In this document: positions 51,691-62,211 of the stretch, piece by piece
Numbering within the stretch: position 1 is the stretch's first letter
Layout of the letters: every line of letters starts with the position of its first letter
Source: an uncultured delta proteobacterium
GTDB taxonomy: Bacteria > Desulfobacterota > Binatia > UBA9968
Length of the DNA stretch: 64,000 nucleotides
Assembly: GCA_963847445.1 (NCBI GenBank)
Contig: CAWJZV010000009.1
Coordinates: 64,001-128,000 of the forward strand
Reading direction: 5' to 3'
Program-made: the position numbers and the translations under genes
Notes under the pieces: generated by a model
Seen by the model: only the letters and a program-made list of their open reading frames with translations
Databases searched by the model: none
Told to the model about the DNA's origin: nothing

Positions 51691-52959
51691 ATGAAACAAT
51701 TGTCACTTTGGCTACTGACCCTTTTCCTATCTCACCTGGCGTTCCTGCCAGCTCAGGCAATGGCCCAGGCGAGTCTATCCACGGCCAGTCCTTTCCCGGT
51801 GCCGGCAGGTCTGGAACCGGCGATCGAGTTTTGGAAAAAAATCTTCACTCAATACGGCTTGAATCAGTTGGTCTACTTCGATCCGCTCGACATGAGCAAG
51901 ATCTACGAAGTCGTCGAGGTTGGCGAAGATAGCCGCTCCAATCAGTATATCGACGACGAAAGGTCGCGCATCGCCGCCGCCAACGACGTCGATATGGATC
52001 GGGTCAGAGCCCAACGCGGCGTGCGCGAACGCACCGCGGACGGCTTGAAACGCGCGGGCCGCTATCTCGCGCAAATGCAGCAAGTATTCATCGACCGCGG
52101 CTTACCGCCCGAACTGACGTTTCTTGCCGGTGGTCGAATCCTCCTACGACATGAGCGCCCGTTCCTCCGTCGGCGCCCTCGGTATGTGGCAATTCATGCC
52201 GGCCACCGGGCAAAAGCTACATGCGCGTCGACCGACTGATCGACGAACGCAGAGATCCCATGGAATCTACTCGCGGCGCGGCAGCTTATTTGGATCAGGC
52301 CTATGGATATCTGGGCAGCTGGCCCTTAGCGATTACTTCATACAACTACGGCCAAGCCGGCATGGCGCGAGCCGTGGCGGAAGTCGGTTCGAGCAATTTG
52401 GTCGACTTGATCGAGCGCTACAATCATCCCTACTGGGGCTTTCCCCCGAAACAGTTTTATGCCGAATTTCTCGCCGCCGTGGAAATCGGCAAGAACTTCC
52501 AGCAATACTTTCCCGGGATCGAACAGGACGCGCCGCGAAAAATTCAGGAAGTAGCCCTGGCAAAAAATACATCGCTGGGCACGGCGATTAGGTCTACCGG
52601 CCTCAGCCAGGAAGAATTCATGCAGTGGAACCCCGCCCTATCGGCCAACATTCGCGTTCTGCCAGCCGGTTATCGCGTAAAGGTACCAGCAGACCGATCT
52701 GTTGAGCCCATCGTAGAAGTCGCCCAAGTGAACTATCAAGCGCCGGCCGCCGCACCGCGCCGGATGGCGTCGACGCGGCCTCAGCAACAACAAACAGCCG
52801 AAGGCTCAGGTCATCCATCACCGCGTGCTGCGCGGCGAGACGCTGATCCAGATCGCCCAGCGATATGGGGCTTCGGTTCAGCGAATTCTGCAGGCGAACG
52901 GAATTCGCAAGGCGCACCTGGTAAGAGCTGGGACCACCTTGCGCATTCCAACTATCTAG
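51691..52959 (+). CDS. MltD-like lytic transglycosylase with C-terminal LysM (about 3 frameshifts)
   Basis: Signal peptide, LPVVESSY, GALGMWQFMPATG, DERRDP, AITSYNYG, HHRVLRGETLIQIAQRYG. Confidence 0.87.
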
Positions 52960-52990
52960 ATCTAATCCGTCATCATTGGGTATCTCTCGT

Positions 52991-53026
52991 GACCAGGCCG
53001 AGCCAAAAAACTGGCTCGGCCTGGTC
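52991..53026. terminator. Perfect 15-bp hairpin downstream of the transglycosylase
   Basis: GACCAGGCCGAGCCA-AAAAAC-TGGCTCGGCCTGGTC. No U-tract. Confidence 0.55.
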
Positions 53027-53116
53027 GCATCAAGCCATTGCGTATTGGTACCTCCATACCCTGTCTTCGCGGCGACACGTTGACAAGCTTTTGCATCGCC
53101 GATTATAGTCGCCTCC

Positions 53117-54078
53117 GTGAAACCATCGTCACGGAACTCAATCCTTTACGCGCTGTTGGTTCTAATATTCGGGGCTTCCGTCCATGCCCAAGAGCAGCGC
53201 AAAGTGCGCCTGGCCTATTCGGCCTTTAGCGTTTCATTTCTTAAATTTATTCGTCGCCCGCGACGCCGGTTTGTTCAAAAAATATGGACTTAGAACCGGA
53301 ACTGATCCAGATGGCCGGACCGTTGCCGGTGGCCGCCCTCGCCTCCGGTGAGATCGATTTCCTCACCGGCTATACCACCGGCATCATCGCCACGGGCCAA
53401 GGCGCGCCGCTCAAGGGCATCCTGATCGCCCTGCGCAAACCGCCTTTTTACGTCGTCGCCGAGCCCGGCATCCAACGCATCAACGATCTCGCCGGAAAAC
53501 GCATCGGCGTCGATCGCATCGGCAGTTTGCAGCACCTGGTCGTCCGTCTGCTCATGCGCAGCAAAGGCGCCGATCCCGAGAAGGCGATCTTTACCCAGAC
53601 CGGTTCGGTGTCGAATACTGTGAGCAGCTTGGGCCAGGGCGCGGTGTCAGCGGCAGTGTTGTCGGGACCGCACAACGTCATCATGGGACAAAAAGGCTTT
53701 CGCCAAGTCGGCGCCGCGGACGAGTTGCCGATGCAGTTTCCCACCAGCGGCTTGGTCGTAAATGAAAGCAAATTGAAGAGCGACGCCGCGCGCATCAAGA
53801 ATGTCATCCGGGTCATGCTCGATGCCTCGGCGTTCTGCCGCAAAGAGCGAACCTGGATGGTCAATTACATCCGCGACAAGTGGAAGGTCGAGCAAAAAAC
53901 CGCCGAGACCGTCTACGACCAGTGGCTGGGAATCCTCACGCCGGATGGTAAGATCGGTATCAAAGACATGCAGGAGTATTTCGACCTGGCGTATAACCAG
54001 AAACAGATTCCCGCGCCGGTCAACGTCGCCGCGGTCACCGACTACACCTTGATCGATCAAGTGTTGGCGGGAAAATAA
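53117..54078 (+). CDS. NMT1/TauA/SsuA-type substrate-binding protein (frameshifts near the N-terminus)
   Basis: Signal peptide, KVRLAYS, ALASGEIDF, DLAGKRIGV. Confidence 0.82.
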
Positions 54079-54154
54079 GTTTCAGTTAGTCAGTTCCGGG
54101 TTCAGTCGAACTCGAAACTCTAGACACCAGTACTGACTCACAGAGGAGCATTTA

Positions 54155-54826
54155 ATGGTAGACGGCAAAGCACTCGTCGATTCGGTTCGCAAAGAAATCA
54201 TCGAACCCGGCATCCAGAGTTTGATGAACACCCAGTATTTCACCGAGCTGCGCCAGGGCAAGTTATCGGTCAGGCGAATGCAAGGCTGGGCGATCCAGCA
54301 TTATCTGCACAACAAGGCGATTCTGAAATCCTTTGCCCTCGGCATGGTCAAGAATGCCCACGAACCGATCATGTTCGACTACTTCACCGAACAGTTCACC
54401 GAAGAGCAGACGCACCCCGACTTGGCCAAGCGCTTTGGCCTCGCCCTCGGTTTGAAAGAAGAAGACTTCACCGAGGCGACGCAGATGTTCGAGTGCCAGA
54501 TTCACTCGGCGCGCACGGTCTACAACACGCTGATGGGCTACGCGCCGCAAAACCGCGCCTCGGCGCTGACCAGCGAGAGCATGGTCTGCCGCTACTCGGA
54601 GGAGTTTTTGAACGCCGGGCGCAAGCACTACGGCCTGTCGGATCGCGATCTGACCTTCTTCAGCGTCCACATGGTCGCCGACCAGGATCACACCGCGCGC
54701 TCGGCGGAATTGATTGCCCGCATGGTCAAGACACCGCGCGAAGAGCGTCTGGTGCGCGAAAGCGCCCAGTACATGGTGCGCATCAAGCTCGGCAAATTCG
54801 ACGGCCTTTATCGCGAGTACGCGTAG
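54155..54826 (+). CDS. Heme-oxygenase-like diiron enzyme (TenA/PqqC/CADD family)
   Basis: ELRQGKLS...WAIQHY, EEQTH, FFSVHMVADQDH. RBS GAGGAG. Confidence 0.8.
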   Translation: MVDGKALVDSVRKEIIEPGIQSLMNTQYFTELRQGKLSVRRMQGWAIQHYLHNKAILKSFALGMVKNAHEPIMFDYFTEQFTEEQTHPDLAKRFGLALGLKEEDFTEATQMFECQIHSARTVYNTLMGYAPQNRASALTSESMVCRYSEEFLNAGRKHYGLSDRDLTFFSVHMVADQDHTARSAELIARMVKTPREERLVRESAQYMVRIKLGKFDGLYREYA

Positions 54827-55024
54827 GGAGTTGCAATTGAGTCATTCGCCATTCCGGGCAGAGCTGGCGATAGCTGGCACGACCACGGAATCGCAGGCGT
54901 GAGACGGGGGGGATTGATCTTCAGAATTGTCCGTTCATGCCGGCTTGATGAAGCATTCCGAGAAGTTTTTCAGCAGAATCGCAGACTTGGTTTGCGAGTA
55001 CTTGCCGGCAATTGACGGCGGCCT

Positions 55025-55713
55025 AACTGCTAGCGCTGTCGCCTCGATCTCCACCAAATATTTTTCACCGGCAAAGCCGTCGACGAAACGTAAACTCGAT
55101 CTCCGGCACGCTCAGCCGGTTGGCGGCCGCAAGCGACCTGCCTCGCCTCGTCGACAATCGGAACCGCGTTGCAGCAGCAGCGATAGTTTTTTCACTTTCG
55201 ACCAGTCGGTTTTCGCCCGTGCGAAGGCGTTATCCAAAGTGCCAAGCACATCCTTGACTCTGCTGCGCCAAGGGTCGCCGCCTCGGAAGTGAAGCCGGAG
55301 AAAAATAGCAGCGCATCGTATTCAAGATAGCAGAGATAATTGCGCGCCGGCTCGAAGTCGACGGGCTTGCGTTGCGCCGCCGCATTCAAAGGCCGCAGCG
55401 CCAGCAGTTCCAATCCAGCCGGAGCCGGCGTGAATCGAACCATACCTGCGAGATGAAACTCGAACTGGCGGCACGGCCGCTGCCGCTGAGAATTTTTGAC
55501 CGGGCCAGCGTCGCGTCCGTGCGCGCCTGGCGATCCCGGCCGAAGACGCGAATGCGCGCTGTGTTCTCGAGCGACAAGTCATTGGTTTTGAGCGCCGCTT
55601 CGAATCTTTCGAACAAGTTCCGCCGTCGTGCTTTCCACCGATGCGCCGGCTTGCGCCTCACCGGAGATTTCGACAAACTCGCGCCCTAACCAAGAAAAGA
55701 TCTTTGTTTCCAT
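55025..55713 (-). CDS. Rid (YjgF)-like tandem-domain protein, multiply frameshifted, end approximate
   Basis: METKIFSWLGREF; LSLENTARIRVFGRD; LLFFSGFT; C-terminal YLVEIEATA. Confidence 0.55.
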
Positions 55714-55775
55714 AGTGGCCGTAACATACTGCAACGCGGCGGCCGAGACAAAGCCATTTTTTTCTTTCCACGAAG

Positions 55776-55910
55776 CGGTCAGGGATGGGTTGAGCCCTAC
55801 GGCGGGGCTCAGGACAGACTCCGCGATGCCCATCATTTCCAGTGGTGGGTATCGCGCGGCGCCTCCACCCACCCTACGACCTGTCATTTCGAGCGGAGCG
55901 AGAAATCTTT
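55776..55910. repeat. Cluster of REP-like palindromes
   Basis: AGGGATGGG...CGCGATGCCCATCA/TGGTGGGTATCGCG...CCCACCCTAC, then TGTCATTTCGAGCGGAGCGAGAAATCT. Confidence 0.6.
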
Positions 55911-56018
55911 TCCACTCCAGGCACCGAAACCAAAATCAAGCGCCGCTCTACCCGCCCGCCTTGCGTTTGCCCGTCTGTTTGGCATATCTGGCTTAAACCG
56001 TCTCGAAGGGAAGATTCG

Positions 56019-56978
56019 ATGCCAGCGCCACAACCTCACTGCCGTAGCATTCGCACTTCTTGTTTCATTGTTAGTGAAAACATCCGTCGTCGCCCAGCCC
56101 ACCAAGATCCGCGTCGCCTCCACCGCCGCCACCAGCACGGAGAAAGTCGCCTTCGCCTTGGCCAAGGAAGCCGGCATTCTCAAAAAACACAACTTGGAAT
56201 CTGGAAGTCATTCTGATCACCGGCGGCCCGGTGGCGATGCAGGCCTTGCTGGCGAAAAGCCTCGACATCATTACTACCAGCGCCACGGTGTTTCTCCACG
56301 GCTTCGTCGAAGGCGCCGACGTGAAGATCGTCGGCGGCGTCAACAACCGCTTTCCTTACACTTTCTTTACGCGACCTAACATTACGACTCCGGCACAGCT
56401 CAAAGGCAAAGTCATCGGCATCACGCGTTACGGCAGCACCGATGAGCTGGCGACCAGGATGGCGCTGGAACAGTTCGGCTTGAATGCAAAGAACGACGTC
56501 AAATTCATCCAAGGCGGCGGCTCGGCGGGACGAATCAACGCGCTCCAGGCCGGCAGTATCGACGGGACATCGTTGATCTCCGGGGTCAGCCATGTGGCGA
56601 GGAAGGCCGGCATGAATCCCATGCTCGACTTCGCCGAGAAAGAGATCGACTATCAAATGACCGGCGTCGTCGCCCGCGGCGATTACTTGAAGAGTAATCC
56701 CGATGCGCTTCGGCGCTTCCTGCGCGCCTACGTCGAATCGATCCGCTACTATAAGAACAATCGCACCGACGCGATCAAGGAAACCATGAAAGCGATCCGC
56801 ACCGACGACCGCCAACTCGCCGAGGCGGACTACAACTTCCGCGCCCGCGCCTTCCCCGACGACGGCAAACCGACGTCTGAAGGGAATCCAGCTGGCAATC
56901 GACGAACTGGCCAAAGAAAATCCCAAAGCCAAGAACGTCACGCCGCAACAGGTGATCGATCTGAGTTTCTTGCCGTAA
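56019..56978 (+). CDS. NMT1/TauA/SsuA-type substrate-binding protein (about 3 frameshifts)
   Basis: KIRVAS, AKEAGILKKHNL, LKGKVIGITRYGS, RFLRAYVE, C-terminal IDLSFLP*. Confidence 0.82.
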
Positions 56979-57093
56979 GTTCGCATGAACCGATTAGTTG
57001 TGATGCACTCAGTGGTTGCACCGTTCGTCCTGAGCTTGTCGAAGGACTCCGATACAGTTTTCATCGAGACGCGAATTTGAAAAGGATAAAATC

Positions 57094-57995
57094 ATGAGCA
57101 ATCCAACCATCGGTTTCATCGGTCTCGGCATCATGGGCAAACCCATGGCGCGCCATCTGTTCAAAGCGGGTTATCCGCTGGTGATTCACAACCGCAGCCG
57201 CGCGGCGGTGGATGAACTGAGCCAAAGAAGGCGCACAACCAGCGGCGAATTCGCAAGAAGTCGCCCAGCACAGCGAGGTCATCATCACCATGCTGCCCGA
57301 CTCGCCGGATGTCGAACTGGTCTACGCCGGCGAGCGCGGCATCTTCGCCGGTGTGAAATCCGGCACGCTGTTAATCGACATGTCGAGCATTTCGCCGGTC
57401 GTCGCCCGCAAGCTCGCAGCTGAAGCGGAAAAACGCGGCTGCGACATGCTCGACGCACCGGTGAGCGGCGGCGAAGCCGGCGCGATCAACGCAGCGTTAT
57501 CGATCATGATCGGCGGCAAGAACAGTGCCGTCGAGCGCGCCATGCCGATCTTCGAAAAGCTCGGCAAGAACATCGTCCACGTCGGCGATGCCGGCGCTGG
57601 GCAGGTAACCAAAGCGGCGAACCAAATGGTCGTTGGCACGACCATCGCCATCGTCAGCGAAGCGCTCGTGCTTGCGGCGAAGGCCGGCGTCGATCCGGCG
57701 AAAGTAAGACAAGCGCTGCTCGGCGGCTTCGCCCAATCGAAAGTCCTCGAAGCCCATGGGCAGAAAATGCTGGATCGCAACTTCAAACCCGGCTTCCGCA
57801 TCCGCCTGCACGAGAAAGACATGAAGATCGCCCTGGCGACCGGCTCAGAATACGGCGTACCGCTCATGGTCACCGGCGTCGTCGGCCAAATGATGACCGC
57901 CATGAAAGGCATGGGCAACGGTGACTTGGATCACGCCGGCGCTGGTAAAGTTCGTCGAGGAGTTAGCAAAGATCGAGTTAGTTCAGAAACCCTGA
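57094..57995 (+). CDS. garR: 2-hydroxy-3-oxopropionate (tartronate semialdehyde) reductase, frameshifted
   Basis: IGFIGLGIMGKPMA, MLPDSPDV, LDAPVSGG, GAGQVTKAANQ, FKPGFRIRLHEKD. Confidence 0.87.
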
Positions 57996-58021
57996 CCTCT
58001 CAGTGATTCCGCTGAGCGAAC

Positions 58022-58321
58022 TGGGTGCCTTATCTGCTGCATTCGTTCAAACGACAATTCCGCGAACAGTGGAAGTTCTCTTCGACCGAAGACCTGTTCC
58101 GCGAATTTCGCATTTTTATCGCCTGCGAAGCTGGCGAGAACCTACCGGTCATCGTCGACTGCATCGGTGAAGACAATCTGGTGATCGGCTCGGACTACGG
58201 CCACAACGATCCCTTTGAACAGCGCAACCTGTTACCGACGCTAAAATCGCTCACCAGTATACCAAGCCGCGTCGTCGACAAAATGGTGCGCGATAATCCC
58301 TGCGAGCTCTATAGTCTGTGA
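58022..58321 (+). pseudogene. C-terminal fragment of an amidohydrolase
   Basis: WVPYLLH...FREFRIFIACEA...VIGSDYGHND...DNPCELY aligns with the C-terminal third of 60939-62033. Confidence 0.75.
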
Positions 58322-58817
58322 GCTGATTGGGGGGGCGCTGACCATGGCGGCAAATTGGCCGATCGCCAACTAACGCAATTGGCTTGGCGTCCATAGGTTG
58401 AACTTACCGTCCCTACTCAACGATCTCGTTTCTGTGCGAATTCAAACTCTACTCCGTTATCCGTCCTCCGACAATTTGCCCGCCTGTTCGCCCTTCTTCG
58501 TTAGTCTTGCGCGGTCGGCGGCTCATGACCTGGCCGGCGCAGCCTGAGATTTTCACTTGTGAAATTTACTGCGAATCGCAGAGATAAAGCGGAACGCTTT
58601 TCGGCCAGCGTGCGCAATATTGTTCGCTGAAAGCGGCAAACAAGTCCTTACAAGTCCGGCTGGGGGATTGAAAATTACCGGACTTCATTTCGCAACTAGT
58701 GATAATTGAAGCTGAATTGGTTCACTTTGCCGGCCTTGTCAGTGGCGGAGAAAAGACTTCACTTGTGGCCGCAGCCTTGCGTTAAGAATTGCCAGCATTT
58801 TAGCATGGAGGGAACTC

Positions 58818-59315
58818 ATGAAAAAAATCATTGTCCTGCTTATCATGTTGCTCTGCGCCACGGTCATGCCAACAGCGCCGTCACATGGCAACGAATTCAA
58901 AGAACGGGAGGTCAAAATCGCCCAGTACAAGAAATGGCTCGATACGCTCGGCCCTCGAGGTTCACAGTATTGGCTGCGGCTCGATTCCACACGCCGTCCC
59001 CATCGTTTGTACTTGGGCGAGGCTTTTCGCCGTGCCGATGCGCAAAGCCAAGAGCAATTCATCGACAAGTACTCCAATTACCTCGCCGGCCATCCAGAAA
59101 AATTCATGCTGATCGATCTCTTCGACGCCGACACCAGTAAACTCGTCGGCGAATACGGCTTTGGCGGTTTCAAGATGTATATCCAGGCATCGCCTGACTC
59201 TGACAGTGTAAAAATAGACGCCACCGATACGCCAATGAAGGCGGGCGGTGGCAACGGTATGGTTGTAACTCGGCATCAAGATGCCGCTGGGCATGTCGCG
59301 AGTTCGAATAAGTGA
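58818..59315 (+). CDS. Hypothetical exported protein
   Basis: RBS GGAGG, MKKIIVLLIMLLC signal peptide. No family recognised. Confidence 0.7.
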   Translation: MKKIIVLLIMLLCATVMPTAPSHGNEFKEREVKIAQYKKWLDTLGPRGSQYWLRLDSTRRPHRLYLGEAFRRADAQSQEQFIDKYSNYLAGHPEKFMLIDLFDADTSKLVGEYGFGGFKMYIQASPDSDSVKIDATDTPMKAGGGNGMVVTRHQDAAGHVASSNK

Positions 59316-59404
59316 TTGCAGATCTTAAAAGTTCATGTTGGCCAGGGATGATAGAAAACGCCAGCGCGATTGTTCATCCGCAGTCTTCCGCCTTAACTTA
59401 GTTA

Positions 59405-60388
59405 TTACGGTTTCCAGCCGATCTTGTTGAGTTGCGCATCGGCCTCCGACGCGAAGCTGAAGTCGTAACCCTTGGCGTTCGGTAAGGTTTCGTTGCCGTT
59501 GATCACCTGGCGGATGATGGCGAGATCGTTGCGCTGGGTCTCGTCGTCGACCATGCCGCTGCGCGTGAAGGTCGGTATGATGTCATCGTAGACGCGGTTG
59601 GCCTGCTGGCGCGAGACGTTGGCGAATTTCACCATTGCCGAGATCGTGCCTTCTTTGTCCTGGCGGATATAGCGCAACGCCTTGATCGTCGCGCGCATAA
59701 AGCCGCCGACCATTTTGGGATTCTCCTTGATCAGCTTGTCGGTGGTCGCCAGCGTGCCCCAGGAGTTTTTCACCTCGTTGCCCATGAAAAACATTTCGCG
59801 CATGCCTTTATCCAGCGCGACGTAGCGTTGTTCAACGCTGAGAATCGCGGCGTCGAAGCCGCCGCCCAACAGCGCCGCGAGCTGATTGCCCTGTCCGACA
59901 TCCAAGTAAGTCACATCTTTATTGCCGTCGAGGCCATGCTTGGTGAGCACTTGGCGCGCCATAAAAGTTGCGATGGCGGCGACCCCGGTGGTGGCGATTC
60001 GTTTACCTTTTAGATCTTTCGGGCTGGTAATTTCCGGCTTGGTGACGAACCACTGGAGTACTCTATCGTTGGTTGCGAGCACGACTTTCAGCGGCGTATT
60101 GCCGCGCGCGACGCTGACCAATGCGCTGCTGCCGGCGCCGGTGAAATGAATATCGCCGCCGAGCATCGCCTGGATGCTCGTGGTCGGCGCGACAAAGATG
60201 ACCCTCTGATCGATCCCTTCCTCTTTCATGTAGCCCTTCTGTTGGGCGATCGGATAGATGACCATCTGAAAGCTGCGCGCGGGAATCGCCATGTTGACGA
60301 TCTGGAGTGGCTGCGCGCTGGCAACCTTGGTTGCGAACAGAATAGTGCCAAGCGCGACAAATAAAAAAGTTAGAGAAGTACGCGTCAT
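59405..60388 (-). CDS. NMT1/TauA/SsuA-type substrate-binding protein
   Basis: Signal peptide, AQQKGYMKEEGID, DLKGKRIA. Confidence 0.87.
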   Translation of the reverse strand: MTRTSLTFLFVALGTILFATKVASAQPLQIVNMAIPARSFQMVIYPIAQQKGYMKEEGIDQRVIFVAPTTSIQAMLGGDIHFTGAGSSALVSVARGNTPLKVVLATNDRVLQWFVTKPEITSPKDLKGKRIATTGVAAIATFMARQVLTKHGLDGNKDVTYLDVGQGNQLAALLGGGFDAAILSVEQRYVALDKGMREMFFMGNEVKNSWGTLATTDKLIKENPKMVGGFMRATIKALRYIRQDKEGTISAMVKFANVSRQQANRVYDDIIPTFTRSGMVDDETQRNDLAIIRQVINGNETLPNAKGYDFSFASEADAQLNKIGWKP

Positions 60389-60454
60389 GAGTTAGTTCCT
60401 CTCTATTATGCTGTTATAGTTGAAAGTTTTCGCATTACATTTGAGAAATCGCTC

Positions 60455-60764
60455 TCACCACGAAGGTCACGAAGGGTTCGGATCTTAAAATTCCGACCTT
60501 CGTGCTCTGCGTATTGCTATCCAAAAACTAACACCAACATGTTTGTCATAGCGTGCGGCTTTAAATTTTCGGGAGTCGAAGATTCTCGGATTCGGAAATT
60601 CCTCTCGCCAAGGCGCAAAGACGCCAAGTTCGGAAAGGAAAAAATAGGACTCTTACGATCGGTCTGCACCATTTTATTTTCCGACCTTTGCGAGCTTAGC
60701 GCCTTTGCGAGAGATATTCCGAGTTTCGGTTGCGGCTGTGCCGCATTCTGTCCTTCGTCGTGAG
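60455..60764. mobile_element. Nested repeat element (TCACCACGAAG...CTTCGTCGTGA) enclosing a CGCCAAG/CTTTGCG element
   Basis: Outer termini as at 50566. Inner CTCTCGCCAAGGCGCAAAGACGCCAAG-TTCGGA...TCCGA-CCTTTGCGAGCTTAGCGCCTTTGCGAGAG. Confidence 0.68.
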
Positions 60765-60938
60765 TACGATCCTTGCATCTTCAGTTGCGGCGCCACAAGA
60801 AATATTGAGAAAACCGAGAATGCCAATCTTGCCAGCATAGACCTAACTTGGACCACAGCCAGAGGGGCACTTGCCCTCATCCCACCCGTTTGTGGGCAGG
60901 ATGAGGACTCGGTTTGCCTAAACAGATTTTATGGCGCG

Positions 60939-62033
60939 TTAATTCAGCGGGTAGAGTAGTTTGGGATTGTCGAAAAACATCTTGTTGGCGATCGACTGCG
61001 GCACATCATCGCGCGCGCGGATGGCCGCGACCAACTGGCGCTCTTCGGATGGATCTTGATGGCCATAGTCGGAACCGATGATCAGATGATCCTCGCCGGT
61101 AAATTCAGAAATGTATTTGATGTCTTCGTCCGCTTCGGCGGCGACGAAGATGCGGTATTCGCGGAACATGTCTTTGTCGGAGGCGAACTGCCATTTTTCC
61201 TTGAACAGTCTTTTCAGGATATGCATCATAAACGGCACCCAGCCGGCTGAGGCTTCGATGAAACCGAACTTCAGTTTGGGATACTGCTCGGGAATCTTGT
61301 TGGCGATCAGATCGCGGAACGCGAGGATCGGCTGAATCCGGCTATGGCCGAAGGTGTGATTGCGTTCGACATCGAATAATTTGATGAACAACGGGCAACC
61401 CGCGCCGGTGTGAATCAGAATCGGCAACTCGGTATCGTTGGCCGCCTGATAGATCGGATGGAAATAGGGATTATCCAAGGTGCGCTCGCCTTCGATGCCG
61501 CGGAAGAACACGCCCACCGCGCCGTTGTCTTTTGCCCATTTTATTTCTTTGACCGACTCTTCGGTGGAATGGAGCGGCGGCACGACGACCCAGCGCATGC
61601 GCCCGCCGGATTTGGCGCAGGCTTGCGCGATGAAGCGGTTGTAAGCGCGCGCCATGGCGACATCGAGGGCGGCATCGTCGGTGATGTAAATGAGAAACAG
61701 CGTCGGAAACACCACCTGCGTGTCGACGCCCAACTTATCCATGTCGCGCAGCCGGCCAGGAATGTCGGTCATCTCGCGGTAGGGCAGATGAATATCGCCG
61801 CGGGCCAATTCGAATTTCGATGCCGATGGCGTGATCAGGCGAAAGCTGCCCTTGCCGTTGGGTTTGGGAAAAATGTTGCCGTCGATCAGCCAGAACGCAT
61901 TGCGCGCGCCGTAGAGCGTATCTTCCGGACCCTTGAGCATGACGGGACGGCGCGCGTACATGTCTTTGTCGAACATCGCCCACATCGCCTCGCCTTCGGA
62001 AATATGGGTATCCGAATCGATTATGCCTGCCAT
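60939..62033 (-). CDS. Amidohydrolase_2 family protein (LigW/ACMSD-like fold)
   Basis: IIDSDTHI, RLRDMDKLGVD, ILIHTG, FIEASAGW, IGSDYGH. Confidence 0.88.
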   Translation of the reverse strand: MAGIIDSDTHISEGEAMWAMFDKDMYARRPVMLKGPEDTLYGARNAFWLIDGNIFPKPNGKGSFRLITPSASKFELARGDIHLPYREMTDIPGRLRDMDKLGVDTQVVFPTLFLIYITDDAALDVAMARAYNRFIAQACAKSGGRMRWVVVPPLHSTEESVKEIKWAKDNGAVGVFFRGIEGERTLDNPYFHPIYQAANDTELPILIHTGAGCPLFIKLFDVERNHTFGHSRIQPILAFRDLIANKIPEQYPKLKFGFIEASAGWVPFMMHILKRLFKEKWQFASDKDMFREYRIFVAAEADEDIKYISEFTGEDHLIIGSDYGHQDPSEERQLVAAIRARDDVPQSIANKMFFDNPKLLYPLN

Positions 62034-62098
62034 AAAAATCCTCCTTATAGTTTGACGCGTTCGAAATGAAATTTAACCCCTCTGCACGACCAAAAAAC

Positions 62099-62206
62099 TG
62101 GAGTGTTGGGGCCGATCCCGGCGTTCGCGCTGATTGACGATCACGAGGCACGAGCACAATGATGGAATCACCACACCCAGTACTCCAATACTCCATTACT
62201 CCAATC
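62099..62206. repeat. 8-mer repeat hairpin (ACTCCAAT family)
   Basis: TGGAGTGTTGGG...CCCAGTACTCCAATACTCCATTACTCCAAT. Confidence 0.6.
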
Positions 62207-62211
62207 TTTGT

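Noticed and set aside
55980-55995. Sigma-54 promoter candidates TGGCATATCTGGC (55980) and TGGCACGACC (54875)
   Set aside because: GG-N10-GC spacing is not met.
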